A stretch of 64,000 nt of DNA from assembly GCA_035624215.1 (NCBI GenBank), contig DASPRY010000053.1, forward strand, positions 9,119-73,118. Reading direction: 5' to 3'. Origin of the DNA: Terriglobales bacterium (lineage in GTDB: Bacteria; Acidobacteriota; Terriglobia; Terriglobales; Acidobacteriaceae). Position numbers and translations under genes: made by a program. Positions 56,670-64,000 of this stretch are shown one piece after another; the first letter of the stretch is position 1, and each line of letters starts with the position of its first letter. The notes under the pieces were generated by a model. It worked only from the letters and a program-made list of their open reading frames with translations, made no database searches and was not told where the DNA came from.

Positions 56670-57788
56670 ATGACACAAGTACCCAAGCTCGTGATTCAGC
56701 GCCTGCAACCAGACGCCAAACTGGAAAGGCATCCTGATGCAGACCTGATGAACGCGTTTGTCGAGAATATGCTGAATCGGCACGAGCGAAATCAGGTTCT
56801 CGATCATTTGGCTCATTGCCCGGATTGCCGCGAAATCGTAGTGCTGTCATTTCCAGAGAACGTGAACTTGGAAGTCGGCCCTGCTGCGCGTGCACGGGCT
56901 TGGCTGTCGTGGCCGGTGCTGCGCTGGGCCGGAATGGCAGCTTGCATCGTGGTGGTTGGGACGGCGGTTACTTTGCACTTCGAATCGCGTTCGAAGTCGC
57001 GCCAACTCATTGCTGCTCAATCTGTGGAGGGCGTGAATTCTGGTCAGAACCCAGTTCAATCCACCGCGCCGGGCCGCGAAGTTAAAGCGGAGAATCTACC
57101 TTCAGTCCAAGCCTTAGGCGGTGCGCGGCAATCGCCGATAGCTGCCTCAAAGAGAACAGCCTCACGCGTACCCGCGTCACGGGTGCTCGCAACTGAAACG
57201 CGGGATACCGTAAGCCTCGACGGCCAACCTAATTCGGAATTGCAAAGTACCAGCACCTTGCAAGCGCGGGTCATGGCCGAACCTACAGCCGCTCCCAACA
57301 GCTCGGGTAACGAACTCGTGCCAGGGCGTGCCAAAGAGGTGGAATCGGCGCCATTCACCGCTAACCGGGCGGGCTTCGCAGGCCCGGTATTGAAGCAGAA
57401 AGTCGCGGCGCTGGCGGTTACTAAGGGAATGCTTTCTCCTGCTGCGCGAATGGCACCGAAATGGGCGTTGAGCTCAGAGGGAATTTTGCAACGCTCATTT
57501 GACGCGGGCAAGAGCTGGGAAACCATTCCTGTCGATAGTCAAGCCACTTTCCGTGCGCTGGCGGCCAACGGCATGGACATCTGGGTCGGCGGCGCGAATG
57601 GTGCGCTTTATCATTCTGCCGATGCTGGCGAGCACTGGACGCGAGTGCAACCGGTCGCCAATGGCGAACTTCTCACTGCGGACATCATCGGGGTTGAATT
57701 TACTGATACTCAACATGGAAGAATCAGCACCTCCGCCCACGAAACTTGGACCACAGAGGATGCCGGACAAACCTGGCAGAAGAAGTGA
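56670..57788 (+). CDS. anti-sigma factor (zf-HC2), single TM helix, C-terminal Asp-box/BNR repeat domain
   Basis: HLAHCPDCRE zinc motif and TM helix WAGMAACIVVVGTAVTL. Three S/T-x-D-x-G-x-x-W boxes (SFDAGKSW, SADAGEHW, TEDAGQTW). Confidence 0.8.
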   Translation: MTQVPKLVIQRLQPDAKLERHPDADLMNAFVENMLNRHERNQVLDHLAHCPDCREIVVLSFPENVNLEVGPAARARAWLSWPVLRWAGMAACIVVVGTAVTLHFESRSKSRQLIAAQSVEGVNSGQNPVQSTAPGREVKAENLPSVQALGGARQSPIAASKRTASRVPASRVLATETRDTVSLDGQPNSELQSTSTLQARVMAEPTAAPNSSGNELVPGRAKEVESAPFTANRAGFAGPVLKQKVAALAVTKGMLSPAARMAPKWALSSEGILQRSFDAGKSWETIPVDSQATFRALAANGMDIWVGGANGALYHSADAGEHWTRVQPVANGELLTADIIGVEFTDTQHGRISTSAHETWTTEDAGQTWQKK

Positions 57789-57818
57789 TTTGCCGCTCCT
57801 CCTCACCTAAAAGTGGTT

Positions 57819-58571
57819 TCAGCCGCTCTCTGAAACTCCGGCAAATAAATCGGTTTCACGAGGAAGCGGCTCCGGCTTCGTCCACGCTGCGAGGTGAAAC
57901 ATCTCTTGCCGTCCGCGCCGGCGAACATGCGACTCGAACAGTGGCCAAAGTGGCGCCTGAGTGAGGTGAGCTTTGAAGGCTGCGATCTTGGTTTCCAGAT
58001 GATTGCCAATCTCGATGATGGCTGTTGCCGGAGGTAACGTGATTGGTTGCCGGTCGGGTAAGACGAAATTTGCGGTCGCGTAGTATAGCTTCTGTGGTCT
58101 GTGGGGAGAAAGGCTCTTGAGTTGGTCAGGGTAACGGTTGTTTCTTCCCGCCCAATGAAATGCCAGCGTCGTAAACACGGACGCCATCGAGTGATCGTCG
58201 TGACCCGTGACTCCGCCTTCAGGGCCGAATGTGATCACGACTTGTGGACGGAACTGCCGAACGTGAAATGTCAGATCGCAGACCACCCGGTATAAATCCT
58301 GGCGATAAAGTTTTCCGTCCGGATAGTCGAGTAGGCTGCCCTTTGTAACTTTCAGGACTTCGCACGAGGCGGCAAATTCCTGCCTCCGCAGGGCCGCTAG
58401 TTCTTGGTCGTCCTTGGCGCTGCCGCGATGCGTAGCCGCCTGCCCCGGCGTAAGGCAAATCACGCTGGTTTCGACGCCCCGGTCATGATAGAGAGCCAGC
58501 GAGCCGCCAAAGCCTCCTGCTTCATCGTCCGGGTGTGCGGTCACACACATCAAGCGCAACATGGGCTCCAT
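57819..58571 (-). CDS. PIG-L (LmbE) family deacetylase
   Basis: VTAHPDDEAGGFGG and the HDDH context. I chose the ATG at 58571. Confidence 0.85.
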   Translation of the reverse strand: MEPMLRLMCVTAHPDDEAGGFGGSLALYHDRGVETSVICLTPGQAATHRGSAKDDQELAALRRQEFAASCEVLKVTKGSLLDYPDGKLYRQDLYRVVCDLTFHVRQFRPQVVITFGPEGGVTGHDDHSMASVFTTLAFHWAGRNNRYPDQLKSLSPHRPQKLYYATANFVLPDRQPITLPPATAIIEIGNHLETKIAAFKAHLTQAPLWPLFESHVRRRGRQEMFHLAAWTKPEPLPRETDLFAGVSESG

Positions 58572-58711
58572 TGTAACGTGCAGGCATTGGTGCTGATTGT
58601 GCAAGCTCTTGCGGTGGAGACGTTTACAAAGAAGTGCTTCTTGCAACGAGCACTTCCGCTTACAATATTGCGGCACGGCCCCCTAAACGGCCGGGCCAGG
58701 AGGCGCACTGG

Positions 58712-59830
58712 GTGCACGTTCTCGTGACCACCGATACGGTCAGCGGCGTGTGGACCTACACGCAGGAGCTGGTCACTGGACTTATTAACCGTGGCGTTCA
58801 GGTGACACTGGTCAGTTTCGGTGACATTCCCCTGTCGGGGCAGACTTCCTGGATGGAGAAGCTGGAGGGCCTGGATTACCGGCCCACCGCGTTTCGCCTC
58901 GATTGGATGCAGGAGGGCGAGCAGGATTTCAACGACTCTTCTCGATATCTTGCGGCTCTGACTAAAGAACTGAAGCCTGATCTCCTGCATCTGAACCAGT
59001 TGTGTTACGGCAGTCTGCCGGTGAAAACGCCGCGGGTTGTGGTGGCGCACGGAGACCTGATCAGCTGGTGGAAGGCGGTACACGGGCGTGAGCCCAAGGA
59101 AAGCCGCTGGGTGCGCTGGTACAAAGATGTCGTGACCCATGGCTTGTCAGAGGCCAGCATTGTCGTGGCCCCTTCGGTTTGGATGCTGGACTCGATTTGC
59201 GCCTGCTATGCGCGCCCCAGACAGGATGTGGTGATTTACAACGGGCGTAATCCGCTGTTCTTCAATCCTTACGTAAGCAAGAATGATTCCGTGCTCGCGG
59301 TGGGGCGCATGCTGGACGCCGGCAAGCAAGTTTCGCTGTTAACGCAACATGCGCACCCGCTGCCGGTGTGCATCGTGAATTCTGATGAACCGGTCGCAGT
59401 CGCGGAATTGCCCATTTGCACCGACGTGAAGCTTCAAGCTCATGAAACCTCTCTTTCCCTGAAAGGGGTGCAGACCGAGGCTCAATTGCGTATGCTTTAC
59501 AGCCGCGCCGCAATCTTTGTCGCTACGGCACGGTATGAGCCCTCTGGTCTTTCGACACTAGAGGCGGCACTTTCGCGATGCGCCATCGTGGCTAACGACA
59601 TCCCCTCCTTCCGCGAAATTTGGGGAGACGCCGCGATCTATTTCCGAGCCAATGACGCCGAGAGCCTGGCCGGCGTAATCCGGCAACTGCACGAACGCCG
59701 TGACCTGTGCCGGGGCTACGCCGCCCGCGCCTTTCAACGCGCTCGCGCATGCTTTACTGCCAAGCGCATGATTGACGAGTACCTGCGCCTCTATCAGCGC
59801 ACACTGTCATCGCAAGCCGCCGCCGCATAG
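58712..59830 (+). CDS. glycosyltransferase family 4 (GT-B, retaining)
   Basis: GTG at 58712 lies 9 nt after AGGAGG. C-terminal EPSGLSTLEA (E-x7-E region) is typical of GT4. Confidence 0.85.
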   Translation: MHVLVTTDTVSGVWTYTQELVTGLINRGVQVTLVSFGDIPLSGQTSWMEKLEGLDYRPTAFRLDWMQEGEQDFNDSSRYLAALTKELKPDLLHLNQLCYGSLPVKTPRVVVAHGDLISWWKAVHGREPKESRWVRWYKDVVTHGLSEASIVVAPSVWMLDSICACYARPRQDVVIYNGRNPLFFNPYVSKNDSVLAVGRMLDAGKQVSLLTQHAHPLPVCIVNSDEPVAVAELPICTDVKLQAHETSLSLKGVQTEAQLRMLYSRAAIFVATARYEPSGLSTLEAALSRCAIVANDIPSFREIWGDAAIYFRANDAESLAGVIRQLHERRDLCRGYAARAFQRARACFTAKRMIDEYLRLYQRTLSSQAAAA

Positions 59831-59981
59831 CAGGCTTTCTGCCTTCGTCGATCCGTTCCTCATTCCCTGCGCCGGGGCCGTGCGAAGGCGAGTGGAAGGT
59901 ATACGCGTCCAGCGGATTGCCTGCTGGAAGCCCGTACCCGAAGCTGATATCTTCTTTGTTCGATCTTTTTCAGGAGGCCCC

Positions 59982-60254
59982 ATGGCTACGGTGAAGATCA
60001 CGATAAGACCCAACGGTCCGCTTCGGGTAGAAGCTCCCGAGGGATCAGTTGAGCTGGTTGACGGTAACGGCAATAAGTACGATTTGACCGGCAAAGCAGC
60101 TTTTTCTTTATGCCGCTGCGGGGGATCGGTCAACAAACCTTTTTGTGATGGCACCCACAGCAAGATCGGTTTCCAGGGGGCCGAATTGGCAGTGAAGAAA
60201 GCCGATGAGACTGGGGTTACGCCTGCCCCTAATCTTTCGGGACCAAAGGTCTAA
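59982..60254 (+). CDS. CDGSH iron-sulfur domain protein
   Basis: CRCGGSVNKPFCDGTH matches C-x-C-x2-S-x3-P-x-C-D-G-T-H. ATG at 59982 is preceded by AGGAGG. Confidence 0.88.
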   Translation: MATVKITIRPNGPLRVEAPEGSVELVDGNGNKYDLTGKAAFSLCRCGGSVNKPFCDGTHSKIGFQGAELAVKKADETGVTPAPNLSGPKV

Positions 60255-60333
60255 GCTGCGCGTCCTTTTCGTACTCACCTTCGCCTAGGTTGGGAGCCCC
60301 GGTTTGCACGACTCGAGAGACAAACAATTAGGC

Positions 60334-62265
60334 ATGGACCGCCGCATTACGCGGCGAGATTTTCTGAACGGAATGGCGCTTACCGTGGGGGCCGCGATCA
60401 TTCCCTCTTCATTTTTTTTGGGATGTACGCACCACCTCGAGCCGGAACAATCCCCGGATTACTACCCGCCGGCTTTAACCGGGCTGCGGGGAAGCCATCC
60501 CGGCAGCTTCGAAACCGCTCACAGCTTGCGTGATGGAACGTTTTGGCAACACGCAGGCACGCCAGCGGATACCGGCGAAACCTACGATCTGGTGATTGTC
60601 GGCGGCGGCATCAGCGGACTCTCTGCCGCACACTTCTTCCGCAAGATCGCCGGACCAGCGGCACGCGTCCTCATTCTGGAGAATCATGACGATTTCGGCG
60701 GTCACGCGAAACGAAACGAGTTTCATGTGAGTAACCGCACGTTGCTGGGCTATGGCGGAACTTATTCGATCGAAAGCCCGGCACCCTATAGTGCGGTCGC
60801 CAAGGGCCTGATCAACGAGCTGCGAATCGTTGTCGGATCCTACCAGAAATATGTCTCGAGAGACCTGTATCGTTCTCTCGGGCTCACGCCGAACATCTTC
60901 TTCGACAAAGAAACTTTCGGCGCCGACAAACTGGTCGTTGACCCTGCATCAATAGGAGGGAGCGAGACTGGCGACCGGGTGGTTCAAACTCCCGAGCGCT
61001 GGCAGAAGTTTCTGGCAGAAGCTCCGCTTTCTGCCAAGGCCAAGCGCGATTATGAACGGCTCTATCACGAGAAGAAAGACTATCTGCCGGGGCTCAGTTC
61101 TGAGCAAAAGAAAGCCCGCCTCGCGCGCATGAGCTACGCCAAATTTCTTACCGACGTGGTTGGCGCACATGAAGAAGTAGTCAAAATTTTGCAGGCTGGC
61201 CCGCACCCATTGTTCGGGGTTGGCATTGACGCAGTTGCCGCGCAGGACGCCTGGGGCATGGATTTTCCCGGATTTGCCGGAATGCATCTCGATCCCACTC
61301 CAGGCAAAGGAATGAATCGTGATGCGATTCCCAATGAAGAAGCGGAACAATATTTTTTTCATTTCCCTGATGGCAATGCCTCCATTGCGCGGCTGCTGGT
61401 TCGCAAACTGATTCCGACTGCGATGCCCGGCAACTCAGCGATCGACATCGTGACCGCGCGCGCAAATTACGCCAGGTTGGATCAGCCTGGCTCGCCGGTG
61501 CGCATTCGTCTGAACAGCACGGCGGTGCGAGTGAAGCATGTCGGCGATCCCGCCACCGCGAAAGAAGTGGAGATCACCTATGCCCGCTTCGGCAAGACTT
61601 ATACGGTTCGAGCTGCCCACTGCATCCTGGCGTGTTGGCACGTGATGATTCCTTACCTGTGCAACGAACTCCCGGGGCCGCAAAAGCAAGCTCTCTATTC
61701 AGCCGAAAAAGTGCCGCTTCTCTACACCAATGTTGTCATCCGCAATTGGGAGGCATTCCAGAAGCTCGGCGTAAGTTCGGTCTACGCTCCCGGTTGCTAT
61801 CACATCGCCGCTACGCTTGACGTGCCGGTGAACATCGGTGAATACCATGCCTCGCAGGTACCCGATCAGCCGATCGTGGTCCACATGATGAAAACGCCAT
61901 GCAAGCCCGGTTTGCCGGCTCGCGAGCAACATCGTGCCGGGCGCATTGAACTGTTTAGCACGACCTTTGAGACGATGGAGCGCAACATCCGTGACCAGCT
62001 TGCACGCGCGCTCGGCGCCGGAGGCTTCGATCCCGCCCGTGACATCATCGCCATCACCGTAAACCGCTGGCCGCATGGGTACGCGTACGAATACAACTCC
62101 CTCTGGGACGACTTCTGGCTGCAGGGTGGAGTGACACCGTGTGAGGTAGCTCGAAAGCCGTTTGGCCGAATCTCTATTGCCAATGCCGATGCCGGCGCCT
62201 ACGCCTATACCGACGAAGCCATCAACCAGGCATGGCGCGCGGTGGGGGAGATTACTCCCTCTTAG
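60334..62265 (+). CDS. Tat-exported FAD-dependent amine oxidoreductase (spermidine dehydrogenase-like)
   Basis: Twin-arginine signal RRITRRDFLNGMALTVGAA and dinucleotide fold VIVGGGISGLSAA. The length and overall pattern recall SpdH-type enzymes. Confidence 0.7.
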   Translation: MDRRITRRDFLNGMALTVGAAIIPSSFFLGCTHHLEPEQSPDYYPPALTGLRGSHPGSFETAHSLRDGTFWQHAGTPADTGETYDLVIVGGGISGLSAAHFFRKIAGPAARVLILENHDDFGGHAKRNEFHVSNRTLLGYGGTYSIESPAPYSAVAKGLINELRIVVGSYQKYVSRDLYRSLGLTPNIFFDKETFGADKLVVDPASIGGSETGDRVVQTPERWQKFLAEAPLSAKAKRDYERLYHEKKDYLPGLSSEQKKARLARMSYAKFLTDVVGAHEEVVKILQAGPHPLFGVGIDAVAAQDAWGMDFPGFAGMHLDPTPGKGMNRDAIPNEEAEQYFFHFPDGNASIARLLVRKLIPTAMPGNSAIDIVTARANYARLDQPGSPVRIRLNSTAVRVKHVGDPATAKEVEITYARFGKTYTVRAAHCILACWHVMIPYLCNELPGPQKQALYSAEKVPLLYTNVVIRNWEAFQKLGVSSVYAPGCYHIAATLDVPVNIGEYHASQVPDQPIVVHMMKTPCKPGLPAREQHRAGRIELFSTTFETMERNIRDQLARALGAGGFDPARDIIAITVNRWPHGYAYEYNSLWDDFWLQGGVTPCEVARKPFGRISIANADAGAYAYTDEAINQAWRAVGEITPS

Positions 62266-62367
62266 TGAACCTCCGTCAATTTTGTAATTCCGAGGAGCGC
62301 AGCGACGAGGATCTGCAGTTCTGAACTCTCAAACTGCAAATCCCTACACTCTTCACGACAATTTGTC

Positions 62368-63603
62368 CTAGTGGATAGTCTTGGTCTTCTTCGACATGTA
62401 GTCCATGAGCAGATACTGGCCAAGCGTGTAAGGAGTAGTGAAATACGCTTTGCCGCGGCACATCTCAGTGACTTTCTGAACGAACTGCACCAGTCCGTAG
62501 TCCGAGGCCAGCATAAAGGTGTTGATCATTACGCCGGCGCGTTTGCACTTGGAAACTTCTTCCAAAGTCTGACTCACGACCAGGGGATCGAGTCCGAAGG
62601 CATTCTTATAGATGCGCCCATCTTCCAGCGTTAAGGCCGAGGGCTTACCGTCGGTGATCATCACGATTTGTTTCATGTCCTTTTTTTGCCGCTGCAAGAT
62701 GCGTTGCGCCAACCGCAAACCCTCTCGTGTGTTGGTGTAGTAAGGACCCACCTTTACGCGCGCTAATTGCGAGAGCGGAACTTCTTCCGCCGAATCATGG
62801 AACAAAATCAACGACAGCGAATCGCCCGGATATTGCGTGCGAATCAGATGCGACAGCGCCATGGCGACTTTCTTTGCTGGCGTGAACCGGTCTTCGCCAT
62901 AGAGAATCATCGAGTGCGAGCAATCCAGCATCAGTACTGTTGCGCAAGACGACTGATATTCGCACTGGTGCACCTGTAAATCCGAATACTCGATATTTAA
63001 CGGCAGCTTCAAGCCTTCACGCTGAATAGCACTCGAAAGCGTCGCCGTGATGTCCAGATTCAGCATGTCGCCGAATTCGTAGAGCCTTGACGCTCCACTC
63101 GTCTCAATGCCGGTTGCCATGTCGCGGGTGTCATGGCGGCCAAAGCTCGATTTTCCCAGAGATCCCATTAAATCGCGCAGCGTCTTGAAACCCAGAAAGT
63201 CGAGACTTTTGTCGGTAATCTCAAACTTGACCTGACCCTGCGTATCCCCCACCTGCCCACCGACACTCGACTGCTTCGATGGGTCATGCGGCTGGTCGAC
63301 GCTGATGTAGTCTTCTTGCTGCATGCGCTCGATCAAGCGTTCGATCAACTCGTCCAGCGTGCCTTCCATTTGCATCTGCTGCAGCCGTTCGCGCATTTCC
63401 TCATCCAGCAGATCGCTGTCGAGCAATGCTTGTTCTATGGCGCGGCGCAAATCTTCGAGCGTTTGCTCGCGGCCAAAGTCATCGTACAAGTAATTCTGGA
63501 ATCCACTTTGCAGGAGGAAATCTGCCAGCGCACTGAGCAGGTCTTCCATGCACATTTCGCTAGCGGGGTCGGGAACGTATTTGCTATAGCGGATGCGTCG
63601 CAT
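62368..63603 (-). CDS. von Willebrand factor A domain protein
   Basis: MIDAS motif LMLDCSHSM plus a downstream ITDG. Has an acidic helical N-terminal half. Confidence 0.85.
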   Translation of the reverse strand: MRRIRYSKYVPDPASEMCMEDLLSALADFLLQSGFQNYLYDDFGREQTLEDLRRAIEQALLDSDLLDEEMRERLQQMQMEGTLDELIERLIERMQQEDYISVDQPHDPSKQSSVGGQVGDTQGQVKFEITDKSLDFLGFKTLRDLMGSLGKSSFGRHDTRDMATGIETSGASRLYEFGDMLNLDITATLSSAIQREGLKLPLNIEYSDLQVHQCEYQSSCATVLMLDCSHSMILYGEDRFTPAKKVAMALSHLIRTQYPGDSLSLILFHDSAEEVPLSQLARVKVGPYYTNTREGLRLAQRILQRQKKDMKQIVMITDGKPSALTLEDGRIYKNAFGLDPLVVSQTLEEVSKCKRAGVMINTFMLASDYGLVQFVQKVTEMCRGKAYFTTPYTLGQYLLMDYMSKKTKTIH

Positions 63604-63616
63604 AAGAACAGTCGTT

Positions 63617-63659
63617 AGTAGTCAGCACTGTCCTAACTGGCGACTGACCACTGACTACT
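63617..63659. repeat. 9-bp perfect inverted repeat between the ATPase-like gene and the VWA gene
   Basis: AGTAGTCAG (63617-63625) and CTGACTACT (63651-63659, overlapping the upstream stop codon). There is an alternative inner pairing GTCAG/CTGAC. Confidence 0.5.
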
Positions 63660-64000
63660 AGTTGTACGGTCTTCTTCCGCGGAATGGCAGATCCTCACGC
63701 TCGAAAGTTTTTTCCGCAACCTTGGGTGGTTTTTCGCCGGCGGTAAACACGCGCTCTTCATTGCGTCCGATGCGCTTGTGGGCGTGTAGACCCTCCAGCA
63801 CAAACTCGGCGGCCGAAACTTGAGTTTCCGGTGTGTCCTTGGGGCCCACGTTCAGCTTCACCAGTTTCTCCATGAGTCCCTGGATGCTTCTCAGTGACGA
63901 CAGTGCCTCGCAGGCACTGGCGCTGTCAGCCAGTTGGATTTGGCCACCGAGATCGAACCATTGCACCACCTGGTTCATGTCCGTGCCTTTGAAATAACCG
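63658..64000 (-). CDS. C-terminal fragment of a protein encoded upstream of the VWA gene (possibly a ChlI/MoxR-like AAA ATPase); 5' end lies outside the window
   Basis: The ORF is open to the window edge. The functional guess rests only on the common AAA-ATPase/VWA gene pairing, since no Walker motifs fall within the window. Confidence 0.4.
   Translation of the reverse strand, partial: GYFKGTDMNQVVQWFDLGGQIQLADSASACEALSSLRSIQGLMEKLVKLNVGPKDTPETQVSAAEFVLEGLHAHKRIGRNEERVFTAGEKPPKVAEKTFEREDLPFRGRRPYN

Noticed and set aside
59772-59981. N-terminal extension of the CDGSH protein ORF
   Set aside because: The ATG at 59982 has a strong AGGAGG RBS. The extension overlaps the end of the GT4 gene and is Arg/Pro-rich junk.

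Overview
Gene-dense chromosomal window with about 64 protein-coding genes on both strands. It looks moderately GC-rich by eye. I found no rRNA, tRNA, CRISPR array, transposase or prophage signature that I can support. Most of the content is housekeeping: yicC-gmk-rpoZ-coaBC-udg, rbfA-nrnA, lysS, secA, murA-murQ, priA, pepP and yggS. Gene content (YXWGXW-repeat protein, OPT transporter, ECF-like sigma/anti-sigma pair, many exported hydrolases) suggests an Acidobacteriota-like soil bacterium, but that is low-confidence inference. The notable modules are as follows. (1) A compact coenzyme F420 operon (cofG-cofD-cofC-cofE-cofH plus an Fno-type reductase) sits behind a perfect 20-bp palindrome and a divergent flavin reductase. 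(2) A pqqC-pqqD-pqqE operon has no recognisable pqqA or pqqB, and an unknown 143-aa ORF occupies the pqqB position. (3) A YdeI-family gene is translationally coupled to pqqE, and its 5' end appears broken by two 1-nt frameshifts at slippage-prone tracts. (4) One 929-aa protein fuses acyl-AMP ligase, carrier and lysophospholipid acyltransferase domains. (5) nuoA stands alone without the rest of the nuo operon. (6) An extended sigma factor, an anti-sigma factor with Asp-box repeats and a divergent exported protein form a cluster. (7) Several intergenic spacers carry word-like repeats and long imperfect hairpins, including a GCAGGCA box just after three stop codons. I see no clearly novel multi-gene system. 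The items above are leads, each with its uncertainty stated. Start codons were refined by eye (RBS, family N-termini) and several remain uncertain.
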